NCBI GenBank assembly: GCA_050949045.1
Contig: JBMNEZ010000001.1
Coordinates: forward strand, 992,001-1,056,000
Direction: 5' to 3'
Source: Candidatus Izemoplasmatales bacterium
Lineage (GTDB): Bacteria > Bacillota_I > Bacilli_A > Izemoplasmatales > Hujiaoplasmataceae
Length of the DNA: 64,000 bases
Positions 51,339 through 61,171 of this stretch are shown one piece after another. The notes under the pieces were generated by a model. It worked only from the letters and a program-made list of their open reading frames with translations, ran no database searches and was not told where the DNA came from. Made by a program: the position numbers and the translations under genes. The number at the start of each line of letters is the position of its first letter. The stretch's first letter is position 1.

Positions 51339-53780
51339 CTATTCTTCTTCCAGCACCTGTAGATCGATAGTCGCAACGACGTCTTTATGGAGTCTGACAG
51401 GCACCTTGAAGACCCCTAGGGAATGGATGTTATCCTCAAGAGCGATTTTGCGCTTATCGATATCGATATTATATACTCTTTTATATTCTTCCGCAATCTG
51501 TTTTGTGTTTACCGCACCATATAGCTTACCCGTTTCGCCGATCTTCACATAGAGTTTGATCGGTTGATTTTCGATATCCGTTTTCAACTTCTTGGCCGCC
51601 TCAAATTCCATGAGGGCTTGTTTGTTCAGGTTTTCCCGTTCTTCCTCGATGGCCTTCAAATTGGCGACCGAGGCTTCGATTGCCTGCTTGGATGTCAGAA
51701 GATAATTGCCGTAGCCGCTGGCCACCTCAATGACTTCACCTTTTTTGCCTTTGCCCCTGACGTCTTTGGTAAGGATGATTTTCATGGTCGTTGCCTCCTT
51801 GAAAGATGTTTCAAGATATGTCTCGATTTTTTTCGCGACCGCCTCGACAGATTCGTTGTCAACTTGGGCTGCGGCGTTATTGAGATGACCGCCACCACCA
51901 AATTGCTCCATGATCACGGAAACATTGAATTTGTCGACGGAGCGTGCCGAGATTGCCACTTGGCCATTCTCGATCGCGCCGATAGCGAAAGCGGCGATGA
52001 TGTTATCGATTTCAAGCAACTCGTCAGCGGTTCTCGCGAGTTGGACACGGTCAGTCCTGATCGAATCCGGAACCAGAACGAGCGCGAAGGTATTGTTGAT
52101 GATTTTCGCCTGATTGATCAGATTTGATTTGGTTTTGATATCATCCAAAGATTCTCTGAGAATCAGTCTGGCTTTGAACGGATCAGCCCCGTAACGCTTC
52201 AAGGTCGCCGCGGCTTCAAAGGTCCTGACACCGGTTCGATAAGTGAAGTTATTGGTGTCGATCATCATGCCGGCGAGCATGATCGTCGCCTCGAACTGAT
52301 TGATGGGCACTTCGATTCCATATAGTTCGACCATCTCGACTACGAGTTCGGAGGAAGATGAGGCATATGGTTCAAGATAGGTCAAAATCGTATCTTGAAG
52401 AATGTTATCGAGACGGCGATGGTGGTCGATAATGACGATATTTTTGGTTTTTTCCACCAATTTTGGCGCTATCGACTGCGTCGGGCTGTGATGGTCAACG
52501 ACAAAGAGCAATGTCTCGGCGTTGGTTAGGTTGGTCGCTTCGTCGGGGTCGATGAAATATTCGAGCAGTTTCACATACTCGCGGTTGAGCATGTCGATGA
52601 CTTTCTGACATGTCTGGTCAATGGCATCGAAGTCGAGAACAATCTTTGCTTTCTTGCCTTGAGCTATGACCATTTCAAGCACACCGATCGAAGCTCCCAA
52701 AGCATCAATATCTGTCGATTTGTGCGGCATGATCATGATGTTGTCAAATTTGGCGATGAAATCGTATATTGCTTTGGAGTTGATCCGCGCCGTGATCTTG
52801 TTGCGTTTTTCGACGGTGTTGCTTTTGCCTCCGAATATTTTCATTGGCTGGTTCTCGATATTGACGATGACCTGGTCTCCGCCTCTGCCGAGAGCTATTT
52901 TCAATGCCTCTTCGGCAAGTTCGCCCAGTTTCTCAGCATGAGTGTCGCTACAGGCAATGCCCATCGATAAGGAAACGCGGATCTCATTGAGATTGGCGAT
53001 CTCGCCGATGGTGTCCAAGATGGTGAATTCGTCGTCGATCAGTTCGTTGAGTTGCCTTCGGGTTAGATAAATAACTGATTTTTCGGGACGTAGATTGACA
53101 AAATAAATATTATATTTGGAGCACCAGGAATCAAGGGCGCCAAGAAATTTCCCCTGAAGGCTTGACTTATCCTGAAAGTCAAGGTTTTGCGTAGCTTCCG
53201 TAAAATTGTCGAAACTGAGAACACCGATTACCGGCTGGTTCTCCCGCAAGAGCCGTTTGATGTTTTCCCGCTCCGTGACTTCAAACATATAAAGCGCCTT
53301 GTTCTTGGGATAATGGATGATATCATAGTTTTTGCCATAAACGTTGATGATGAATTTGCCTTCGCGTCGCTCGATGCTTTTGCCGAGATTTTCGTGGACA
53401 AGACTCAGTTTGCGGTCGATCAGGACATTAGCGAAACATTCTTTCGCATAATGGTTGGCCCAGACAATCTGGTTGTTATCGTCATAGATCAACATGCCCA
53501 CAGGAAGATAATTTAAGGCGATATCTTCGCTATTGATGAGGCGTTTTTCGAGCAAATTCTTCTCACGAAATTTTCTCTGCAAGGTTTCTATTCGCGAATG
53601 GATCTTTTGATTTGACAAAACCGCTGTCATCAAAACAATCGCAAAAACCGCCAAAATCCCGACATAAACGAGAAAATAAACCAAGCCAAGCGTGTTAAAA
53701 ATGTAGATTACGCCAAAAGCAATCGCTCCCAAAAATAATAGAAGCGCCAGGATTGAAAGGATCAAGGGCCGTTTGTTCAT
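51339..53780 (-). CDS. gdpP-rplI: GdpP-type c-di-AMP phosphodiesterase (TM-PAS-degenerate GGDEF-DHH-DHHA1) fused in frame to ribosomal protein L9
   Basis: GRGGDQV, DIDALG, IDHH and GGGGH motifs, then [29 protein letters not shown] (L9) with no stop between. Confidence 0.93.
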   Translation of the reverse strand: MNKRPLILSILALLLFLGAIAFGVIYIFNTLGLVYFLVYVGILAVFAIVLMTAVLSNQKIHSRIETLQRKFREKNLLEKRLINSEDIALNYLPVGMLIYDDNNQIVWANHYAKECFANVLIDRKLSLVHENLGKSIERREGKFIINVYGKNYDIIHYPKNKALYMFEVTERENIKRLLRENQPVIGVLSFDNFTEATQNLDFQDKSSLQGKFLGALDSWCSKYNIYFVNLRPEKSVIYLTRRQLNELIDDEFTILDTIGEIANLNEIRVSLSMGIACSDTHAEKLGELAEEALKIALGRGGDQVIVNIENQPMKIFGGKSNTVEKRNKITARINSKAIYDFIAKFDNIMIMPHKSTDIDALGASIGVLEMVIAQGKKAKIVLDFDAIDQTCQKVIDMLNREYVKLLEYFIDPDEATNLTNAETLLFVVDHHSPTQSIAPKLVEKTKNIVIIDHHRRLDNILQDTILTYLEPYASSSSELVVEMVELYGIEVPINQFEATIMLAGMMIDTNNFTYRTGVRTFEAAATLKRYGADPFKARLILRESLDDIKTKSNLINQAKIINNTFALVLVPDSIRTDRVQLARTADELLEIDNIIAAFAIGAIENGQVAISARSVDKFNVSVIMEQFGGGGHLNNAAAQVDNESVEAVAKKIETYLETSFKEATTMKIILTKDVRGKGKKGEVIEVASGYGNYLLTSKQAIEASVANLKAIEEERENLNKQALMEFEAAKKLKTDIENQPIKLYVKIGETGKLYGAVNTKQIAEEYKRVYNIDIDKRKIALEDNIHSLGVFKVPVRLHKDVVATIDLQVLEEE

Positions 53781-53810
53781 GGATATTCTACCTCTACTTT
53801 AAATCAAAAT

Positions 53811-53840
53811 AATTATATCACAACAGCCATTTAAATACCA
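53811..53840 (-). promoter_or_regulatory. promoter upstream of gdpP
   Basis: TGGTAT-17 bp-TATAAT with TGn. Confidence 0.55.
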
Positions 53841-53848
53841 AATTATAG

Positions 53849-53875
53849 AAAAAAAAGACTCATTGAGTCTTTTTT
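53849..53875 (-). terminator. terminator after rpsR
   Basis: AAAAAAGACTCA / TGAGTCTTTTTT hairpin. Confidence 0.8.
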
Positions 53876-53881
53876 GCGCTC

Positions 53882-54142
53882 TTATTCCTTGACATATGGC
53901 AACAACGCCATGAAACGAGCACGTTTGATCGCTATTGCCAAGTGTTTCTGGTAATATGCCTTGGTACCGGTAACTCGTCGCGGAAGGATCTTGCCTCTTT
54001 CGGAAATGAATCTTTTTAAAAGTTCGCAATCCTTGAAATCGATATATGTGATTTTGTTATCGGTAAAATAACAGCGTTTGCGTTTGCGGCTGCGAGCACC
54101 GCGAAACGCAGCGGGCTGAGTACTCTGTTGTTTGTTGTTCAT
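53882..54142 (-). CDS. rpsR: 30S ribosomal protein S18
   Basis: [24 protein letters not shown] and AIKRAR..LLPY motifs. Confidence 0.98.
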   Translation of the reverse strand: MNNKQQSTQPAAFRGARSRKRKRCYFTDNKITYIDFKDCELLKRFISERGKILPRRVTGTKAYYQKHLAIAIKRARFMALLPYVKE

Positions 54143-54160
54143 GATTGGACCTCCCCTGGT

Positions 54161-54583
54161 TTAGAATGGTAAATCGTCTTCGATGATGTCGATTTGACTA
54201 TCGGCTTCATCTGTTTTGGTGCTTTCTTGCGGTTGATAATTGTCAGATTGGGATTTGGGGCTGAGAAACACGACTTGGTCACAGACAATTTCCGTCACAT
54301 ATCGCCTTACGTTGTTTTTCTCATCCATGTAGTTGCGGGTCTGGAGTCTGCCCTCGACAGCGACAAGACTGCCTTTGCTGCAGTATTTGCTGACATTTTC
54401 GGCCGGTTTCCGCCAGACGATGCAATCAAAGAAATCGGCATTGCTTTCGCCCTGAGTCTGGCTTGAACTCTGAAACGAACGATTGACAGCTAAAGTGAAA
54501 GAAGCGACCGGAATGTTGCTGTTGGTATATCTGAGTTCCGGGTCTCTTACCATTCTGCCGATCATTACGACTTTGTTCAACAT
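54161..54583 (-). CDS. ssb: single-stranded DNA-binding protein
   Basis: NKVVMIGR..DPELRYT and VEGRLQTR motifs, C-terminal DDLPF. Confidence 0.98.
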   Translation of the reverse strand: MLNKVVMIGRMVRDPELRYTNSNIPVASFTLAVNRSFQSSSQTQGESNADFFDCIVWRKPAENVSKYCSKGSLVAVEGRLQTRNYMDEKNNVRRYVTEIVCDQVVFLSPKSQSDNYQPQESTKTDEADSQIDIIEDDLPF

Positions 54584-54598
54584 AATATCCTCTCCAAC

Positions 54599-54889
54599 TT
54601 ACTTTTCTTCTCTTGAGATGATGATATGGCGCAGGACGTCTTCCTTGATCTTTATGACGCGATCAAACTCAGCGGTTGCTTCCGGTGTCGTCAAGACGTC
54701 GATGACTACATAGTAGCCTTTCTTCAAATCGGCGATCTCATAAGCCAGTTCGCGCATTCCCCATTCATCGACAATCAACTCTTCGGCGCCGCGGTCAGTC
54801 AGGATCGCGTTCAGTTCGCCGATAAGTGCATCCCTTGCCTCTTGTTCGAGAGACGGGCGAATGATATACATGATCTCGTACTTTCTCAT
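54599..54889 (-). CDS. rpsF: 30S ribosomal protein S6
   Basis: MRKYEIMYIIRP and WGMRELAYEI motifs. ATG follows AAGGAGG. Confidence 0.98.
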   Translation of the reverse strand: MRKYEIMYIIRPSLEQEARDALIGELNAILTDRGAEELIVDEWGMRELAYEIADLKKGYYVVIDVLTTPEATAEFDRVIKIKEDVLRHIIISREEK

Positions 54890-54897
54890 TATTTTTT

Positions 54898-54950
54898 CCT
54901 CCTTCTGGTCTGATGGCTGCTTTCGCAGCAAGGTATGAAAAATCTCACGG
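54898..54950 (-). ncRNA. S6:S18 ribosomal protein leader
   Basis: CCTTGCTGC-GAAA-GCAGC-CA..GACC..AAGGAGG: anti-SD stem, inner hairpin and CCR motif, as in the Bacillus rpsF leader. Confidence 0.7.
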
Positions 54951-54956
54951 TTAGTA

Positions 54957-54985
54957 ATTATATCACAGTCACTATCTTTTGTCTA
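54957..54985 (-). promoter_or_regulatory. rpsF promoter
   Basis: TAGACA-17 bp-TATAAT with TGn. Confidence 0.75.
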
Positions 54986-55142
54986 GAATAAGCTTGTTCA
55001 GTAAAAAGAAAAAGCAAACACCAATACTATTAGATTATCTTGACTCGCTTTCCTTACGAGGAGAAAATGAAGCCAGTTAGAAAACAAAGTCGGCTCAATA
55101 TATATCAGGTGCTTTAAAGATATCATGAGATTGCTGATCGTG

Positions 55143-55859
55143 TTATTGTGCTTTTTGGTTCAAATAATGGATCACGAACGCCAAAGCGAAAGCGACAGCT
55201 TGTTTCCTGATCTGGTTTCTCGATCCTCGGAATGTCTTTTTAATGGTAGTGAGGTCATCACCGATCGCAAAGCCAAGACAGACTTCACCAAGTCGCTCTG
55301 ACTGCGATCCAGAAGTCGGGCCGGCATAACCGCTCGTCGCGATAACAATGTTGGCCTTCGTGAGCATTTGCGTATTTTTAGCCATTTCCCCGACCACTTC
55401 AAGGCTGACTTCCCCATAACATTCAATCAGCGACATTGGAATACTTAATGCCTCAGATTTTGCCTTAGCGTCGTAGAGTACAAAAGCTTTCCTAATGATT
55501 CGTGAAGCACCCGGGACGTTGATGATCCGCGAGGCAATCATTCCCCCGGTGATTGATTCGGCAGTCGAGACTAGAAGATTTCTGCTCAGAAGACACTCAT
55601 AAAAAACTTCTTCGAGCGGCTTTCCCCCTTTGGATACGATCCACTTCTGATACATACCGACAAAGGCGCGGTTGAGGGTGTCAAATTGTTCCCGCTCGCG
55701 AGCTTTTAAAATTGCTTTAATCCCGTCAATGGTCTCTTTGAACTCAATGCCTTCAGCTATATTAGCTTGATGAAGCATCTTTCCCATAGCGACAGCCTGA
55801 TCAAGATCGATGCCAAAGAGGATATAGGTTTCTTTGAATCCGTTTTTAGAAGATGCCAT
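55143..55859 (-). CDS. CinA C-terminal domain protein (NMN deamidase, PncC-like)
   Basis: TAESITGGMIA, PGAS, ATSGYAGP and GSRNQIR motifs. Confidence 0.88.
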   Translation of the reverse strand: MASSKNGFKETYILFGIDLDQAVAMGKMLHQANIAEGIEFKETIDGIKAILKAREREQFDTLNRAFVGMYQKWIVSKGGKPLEEVFYECLLSRNLLVSTAESITGGMIASRIINVPGASRIIRKAFVLYDAKAKSEALSIPMSLIECYGEVSLEVVGEMAKNTQMLTKANIVIATSGYAGPTSGSQSERLGEVCLGFAIGDDLTTIKKTFRGSRNQIRKQAVAFALAFVIHYLNQKAQ

Positions 55860-55876
55860 ACTCCGCTACTTCCCTC

Positions 55877-56980
55877 CTAGATGTTGAACCGGAAATGAAA
55901 GATGTCTCCGTCCCTCGCAACATAATCCTTGCCCTCAAGACGGTACTTGCCCATCTCCTTTGCCTTTGCCTCACTGCCCGCAATTAGAAGATCCGCAAAA
56001 GCAATAGTTTCCGCTCGGATGAATCCCTTCTCAAAATCGGAATGAATGACACCGCCGCATTCTGGAGCTTTCATTCCTTTCTTAAAAGTCCATGAACGCA
56101 CTTCTTTCTCACTTCCCGTGAAGAAAGTCTCCAATCCCAACAAATCATAGGTTTTCCTGATCAAATCGTCAAGTCCTGATTGTTTGAGGCCGATCTCCTC
56201 CATAAAAGCTAGCCGGTCGGCGTCATCCAATTCGGATAGTTCCTGTTCGATTTTCGCGCTGACAGCCGTGACTCTGGAGTTTTCACCAACAGCTCTTTCC
56301 TGAATTTTTCTCACATAATCGTTTTGGTCGGGATCATGGATGTCAGCTTCGGATATATTACAAACATACAACATCGGCTTCGCCGTCAAAAAACTGAAGT
56401 TTTTGATTATTTTCAGTTCCTCTTTCGTCAATTGAAGGCTTCTGATCGGTGATCCCGCCATCAATTGATCGTGAAGTTTGCACAGAACTTGGTACTCTTC
56501 AACCGCTTCACGATCAGCCTTTGTCTGCGCCCGTTTCTCGATTTTAGGCATGCGTTTCTCAACAACTTCTAAATCAGCGAAAATCAGTTCGAGTTGAATC
56601 GTTTCAATATCCCGGATCGGATCGACGCTGCCTTCGACATGGAGGACGTTGGGATCGGTGAAACAACGGACTACCTGGCACAACGAATCACAATTCCTGA
56701 TGAAAGAGAGAAATTGATTGCCCAAGCCCTCGCCCTTGGATGATCCCCTGACCAATCCAGCGACATCGGTGAGTTCAAAAGATGTATAGACGACTTTTCT
56801 CGGCTTGTAGATTTCGATCAGTTTTTCCATTCGCCAGTCGGGAACCTCGACAACGCCGACATTGGGCTCGATTGTCGCAAACGGATAGTTGCTGGCTGGC
56901 ATTTTGGCTTTTATAACCGCGTTAAACACCGTAGTCTTGCCAACATTGGGTAATCCGATAATTCCCGCATTGAGTCCCAT
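55877..56980 (-). CDS. ychF: Obg-family ATPase YchF
   Basis: GLPNVGK, NYPFATIEPN, GEGLGNQFL and IHSDFEKGFIRAE motifs. Confidence 0.97.
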   Translation of the reverse strand: MGLNAGIIGLPNVGKTTVFNAVIKAKMPASNYPFATIEPNVGVVEVPDWRMEKLIEIYKPRKVVYTSFELTDVAGLVRGSSKGEGLGNQFLSFIRNCDSLCQVVRCFTDPNVLHVEGSVDPIRDIETIQLELIFADLEVVEKRMPKIEKRAQTKADREAVEEYQVLCKLHDQLMAGSPIRSLQLTKEELKIIKNFSFLTAKPMLYVCNISEADIHDPDQNDYVRKIQERAVGENSRVTAVSAKIEQELSELDDADRLAFMEEIGLKQSGLDDLIRKTYDLLGLETFFTGSEKEVRSWTFKKGMKAPECGGVIHSDFEKGFIRAETIAFADLLIAGSEAKAKEMGKYRLEGKDYVARDGDIFHFRFNI

Positions 56981-57018
56981 CCTGATCATCTCCAAACAAA
57001 ACGCATTTTTTATCTAGT

Positions 57019-57792
57019 TCATAAGCCAAAGAGTCTTTGCGCATTGCGCGTGGTGGCGAGCGCCACCTCCTCGTAGGACAAGCCCTTAAGACCAGCTATC
57101 TCTCTTGCGATATGACAAAGGTACTTCGGCTCGTTTGGTTTTCCCCGCACCGGTTGAGGAGCTAGGTAGGGGGAATCAGTCTCGATGACGAGTCTTTCCA
57201 GAGGCACTTTCACCGCAACTTCTTTGGAAACCCGGGCGTTTTTGAAAGTTACGGGCCCGGCAAGGGAAATATACATATTTAGTTCAATAAAGTCGTTCAT
57301 TGACTCGTGGCTTCCGGAATAGCAGTGCATCACGCCCAAAAGATCTGGTCGCTTATACTGCTTGATAATCTGATAGGTATCCAAGACGGCGTCACGCATA
57401 TGAACTGATATCGGCAGGTTCAGTTCATTGGCAATTTTAATTTGTTCGATGAAAACTCTTTTTTGGGCCTCGATTTGACTTTTATCCCAATAATAATCGA
57501 GCCCGATTTCGCCGATTGCGACAACTCTCTCTTTCTTTGCTCGTTCCCTGAGCCAATTGAGCTCCAAATCGCCAATCTCATGAGCACTTGCCGGGTGAAA
57601 ACCGACGGCCGCGTAGACACTATCGAATTCATTGGCGATCGAAAGAGCCCGTTCGGAATGGAAGCGATCATAGCCAATACAAATGAATTGATCGACACCG
57701 ACGTTGACGGCAGCTGTAATCACTTCCTCCAGACGCTGGTAAATCGAGTCGTCGTTAAGATGAACATGCGAATCAATCAGCGATACTTTCAT
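57019..57792 (-). CDS. tatD: TatD-family nuclease
   Basis: IDSHVH, AIGEIGLDYY and ETDSPYLAP motifs. Confidence 0.95.
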   Translation of the reverse strand: MKVSLIDSHVHLNDDSIYQRLEEVITAAVNVGVDQFICIGYDRFHSERALSIANEFDSVYAAVGFHPASAHEIGDLELNWLRERAKKERVVAIGEIGLDYYWDKSQIEAQKRVFIEQIKIANELNLPISVHMRDAVLDTYQIIKQYKRPDLLGVMHCYSGSHESMNDFIELNMYISLAGPVTFKNARVSKEVAVKVPLERLVIETDSPYLAPQPVRGKPNEPKYLCHIAREIAGLKGLSYEEVALATTRNAQRLFGL

Positions 57793-57798
57793 GCTTGC

Positions 57799-59748
57799 TT
57801 ATTCCAGTTCGAGATAGGTTTTGACGACATTTTCAACCGTAAAGCCGAAATAGGAAAGAACATCTTGAAGTTTAGCGGAAACGCCGAACGTATCGATCCC
57901 CAACACATTCCGGGAAAAGCGGTACCAGAGTCCGCTCGCGCCCATTTCAAGCGCCAGGCGTCTTTGACAAGCCGGAGGCAGGATTTGATCTTGATATGCT
58001 TGCGGTTGTTGTAAAAACAATTCCATCGACGGCATCGAGACGACTCTGACGGCGATGCCGTCACGATTCATAAGCACCTCTTGGGCTTTCAATGCCAATT
58101 CGACTTCGCTTCCCGATGCGATCAGGATCCCGGTGAAATCCCGCTCATCCTTGGCAATATAGCCGCCCTTGACCAGGTCCTCGTACCTCGCTTGATGCAT
58201 CACGGTAATATCCTGTCTAGTCATCGCGATCAAAGTCGGAGTCTTGGCTTCGCCGACCGCATAGCGGACGGCATGTCTGGTTTCATTGCTGTCGGCCGGT
58301 CTGATGACGATCAGCCCCGGCGTCGAGCGGAACATCGCGAGCTGTTCAATCGGCTCGTGCGTCGGTCCGTCTTCTCCCACCCCGACGGAATCGTGGGTGA
58401 AAAGAAACATTGAGGGTATTTTCATGATCGCAGCTAACCTGATCGGCGGCTTCATGTAATCGGAGAAAACGAAGAACCCGCTCCCAAAAGCTTTTAGATG
58501 GTGGAGAGTCATCCCATTGACGATCGCTCCCATCGCGTGTTCTCTCACTCCGAAATTGATATTGCGCCCAAGGGGGGTCTCTTTGCTAAAATTGCCGTCG
58601 TTGCCTTTGACATTCGTCGAAGAAGCAAGGTCGGCCGAACCTCCCATTAGGGCGGGGATTTTTTCGGACAGTAGCGGGAGAAATTTTCCGACTGTCTTTC
58701 TCGTTGCTTCCTTATGGCCGATGGGATCCAAAGCATAAAGATCGGCGATGTCGACACCGCAGTTCCTATTGATGATATTCTCTAATTCCGCATGCAGTTC
58801 GGGATAAGCATCATGATACTTTTTTAGGAGTTTGTTCCATTTGGAAAATGCTTTTTTTCCGCGGTTTCCAAAACGCTTTTCAAAATCGGCGACTGCCACA
58901 TTGTCGACATGATACAGGGTCGTTTCAAAGCCGGCTTCCTCTTTCAGCCTGCGCGTTTCATCGGGACCGAGGGGCGAACCGTGAACTGAACTGGTTCCCT
59001 GCTTCGCGGATCCTTGGCCGATGATGCTCTTGATTTCGATGAAACCCGGTTTGTTCACTTGTTTTGCGCTTTCGATTGCGATCGAGACTTCGAGAACATT
59101 ATTGGCGTCCCTGACCAGTTGATAATAATAGCCCATGCTTTCCATCTTCATCCGCAAGTCTTCAGACACCGCATTTTTCGTTGGCCCGTCGAGTTGGATA
59201 TCGTTGGAGTCATGGATAATGATCAACCGTTCGAGGCCGAGATGGCCGGCAAGGCTGAGTGCTTCAAGAGCCACTCCCTCCTGCAAATCTCCGTCACCGC
59301 AAAGAACATAGGTGTAATGATCGATTACGGGAAAGCCCGGCCTGTTGAAATGATGGCGAAGATGGCATTCCGCTATCGCATTGCCGACAGCCATTCCAAG
59401 CCCTTGTCCAAGCGGGCCGGTCGTTGCTTCGACCCCAGGTGTGTGACCATACTCCGGATGACCGGGAGTCATCGATCCAAGCTGGCGAAACCGTTTGAGT
59501 TCATCTAGCGGAAGGTCGTAACCCGCGAGATGCAAAACAGCGTATAAAAGTGCCGATCCGTGACCGGCCGAGAGAAAGAAGCGATCCCGATTGAACCAGT
59601 CCGGATTCTTTGGATCGCTCGTGAGATGATACTGATATAAAGAGTACAAGATCGGGGCGGCTCCGAGAACAATCCCAGGATGACCGCTTTTGGCACCATC
59701 GATCATATCAAGACCGAGAAATCTGATGTTTTGGATTGTTTTTTCCAT
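57799..59748 (-). CDS. tkt: transketolase
   Basis: SGHPG, TTGPLGQG, GDGDLQEG and GEDGPTHEP motifs. Confidence 0.98.
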   Translation of the reverse strand: MEKTIQNIRFLGLDMIDGAKSGHPGIVLGAAPILYSLYQYHLTSDPKNPDWFNRDRFFLSAGHGSALLYAVLHLAGYDLPLDELKRFRQLGSMTPGHPEYGHTPGVEATTGPLGQGLGMAVGNAIAECHLRHHFNRPGFPVIDHYTYVLCGDGDLQEGVALEALSLAGHLGLERLIIIHDSNDIQLDGPTKNAVSEDLRMKMESMGYYYQLVRDANNVLEVSIAIESAKQVNKPGFIEIKSIIGQGSAKQGTSSVHGSPLGPDETRRLKEEAGFETTLYHVDNVAVADFEKRFGNRGKKAFSKWNKLLKKYHDAYPELHAELENIINRNCGVDIADLYALDPIGHKEATRKTVGKFLPLLSEKIPALMGGSADLASSTNVKGNDGNFSKETPLGRNINFGVREHAMGAIVNGMTLHHLKAFGSGFFVFSDYMKPPIRLAAIMKIPSMFLFTHDSVGVGEDGPTHEPIEQLAMFRSTPGLIVIRPADSNETRHAVRYAVGEAKTPTLIAMTRQDITVMHQARYEDLVKGGYIAKDERDFTGILIASGSEVELALKAQEVLMNRDGIAVRVVSMPSMELFLQQPQAYQDQILPPACQRRLALEMGASGLWYRFSRNVLGIDTFGVSAKLQDVLSYFGFTVENVVKTYLELE

Positions 59749-59801
59749 AGTTGTGCTCCTTTAAACAAAAGTGTTGATCGAAGAGTGTCGATACCATTAA
59801 A

Positions 59802-59830
59802 ATTATACCATATCCAGATTACTAAGCCAA
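59802..59830 (-). promoter_or_regulatory. tkt promoter
   Basis: TTGGCT-17 bp-TATAAT with TGn. Confidence 0.65.
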
Positions 59831-59838
59831 TCAAAGAC

Positions 59839-59864
59839 AAAAAAAGGGATGCTCGCGCATCCCT
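59839..59864 (-). terminator. terminator after tuf
   Basis: AGGGATGC / GCATCCCT hairpin plus T-run on the minus strand. Confidence 0.8.
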
Positions 59865-59875
59865 ATTTGTAAGTG

Positions 59876-61060
59876 CTATTCGATGATTTCTACGACAGAA
59901 CCGGCACCGACGGTGTGACCGCCTTCGCGGATTGAGAACTTTGTTCCCTGTTCGATGGCGATCGGGTGGATCAATTCGACAATCATGACGGTATTGTCGC
60001 CGGGCATGACCATTTCTACGCCTTTTTGAAGATCGATGACACCGGTGACATCAGTTGTCCGGAAGTAGAACTGCGGACGGTAGTTGCTGAAGAACGGAGT
60101 GTGTCGGCCGCCTTCTTCTTTGCTCAAAACATACACCTGAGCGGTGAACTTGGTGTGCGGGGTAACCGATTTTGGTTTGGCGATGACTTGACCGCGCTGG
60201 ACTTCCTCACGCGCTACGCCTCTCAGAAGCAAACCAACATTATCGCCTGCTTGGGCATAGTCCAAAAGTTTTCTGAACATTTCTACGCCGGTGACAACCG
60301 TTGACCTTGTCGGACGGATGCCAACGATTTCGACTGGTTCATTGACTTTGATCGTTCCACGATCAACACGTCCGGTGACGACGGTGCCACGGCCAGTGAT
60401 GGTGAACACGTCCTCGACAGGCATCAAGAACGGTTTGTCCACGGGTCTTTCTGGAAGCGGGATATAGTCGTCGACAGCCTGCATGAGTTCCAAGATTTTC
60501 TTCTGGGCTTCCTCATCGCCTTCCATTGCTTTGAGGGCGCTTCCAACGATGACCGGAGTTTCATCCCCTGGGAATTGGTATTCGTTCAGAAGTTCACGAA
60601 TCTCCATTTCAACGAGTTCGATTAACTCATCATCATCGACCATATCGGCTTTGTTCAGGAAAACGACGATCTTGGGAACGCCGACCTGACGGCTGAGCAG
60701 GATGTGCTCTCTTGTTTGGGGCATCGCGCCATCAGCTGCGGACACAACTAAAATCGCTCCGTCCATTTGGGCGGCGCCTGTGATCATGTTTTTGACATAG
60801 TCGGCGTGTCCGGGGCAGTCAACGTGAGCATAATGGCGATTCTTGGTCTCATACTCAATGTGAGCGGTATTGATCGTAATTCCTCTTGCTTTTTCCTCCG
60901 GTGCGGCATCGATTGAGGCATAGTCTTTCACAAGGGCCAGGCCTTGTTTCGCAAGAACCATGGTGATAGCTGCGGTCAACGTGGTCTTGCCATGGTCGAC
61001 GTGACCAATCGTGCCGATGTTGACATGTGGTTTTGTCCTTTCAAATTTTGCTTTTGCCAT
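59876..61060 (-). CDS. tuf: elongation factor Tu
   Basis: [30 protein letters not shown] and NKAD motifs. Confidence 0.99.
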   Translation of the reverse strand: MAKAKFERTKPHVNIGTIGHVDHGKTTLTAAITMVLAKQGLALVKDYASIDAAPEEKARGITINTAHIEYETKNRHYAHVDCPGHADYVKNMITGAAQMDGAILVVSAADGAMPQTREHILLSRQVGVPKIVVFLNKADMVDDDELIELVEMEIRELLNEYQFPGDETPVIVGSALKAMEGDEEAQKKILELMQAVDDYIPLPERPVDKPFLMPVEDVFTITGRGTVVTGRVDRGTIKVNEPVEIVGIRPTRSTVVTGVEMFRKLLDYAQAGDNVGLLLRGVAREEVQRGQVIAKPKSVTPHTKFTAQVYVLSKEEGGRHTPFFSNYRPQFYFRTTDVTGVIDLQKGVEMVMPGDNTVMIVELIHPIAIEQGTKFSIREGGHTVGAGSVVEIIE

Positions 61061-61111
61061 AATTGGATCTCCTTTATACATATTGTTTTAATTAGTCGCT
61101 TAATAAATATT

Positions 61112-61140
61112 ATTGTATAACAAGATGTCGAATATTGCAA
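61112..61140 (-). promoter_or_regulatory. internal tuf promoter
   Basis: TTGCAA-17 bp-TACAAT in the fusA-tuf spacer. Confidence 0.65.
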
Positions 61141-61171
61141 TAGATAACTTTCTGGTCGAAATCGGAAAAGT

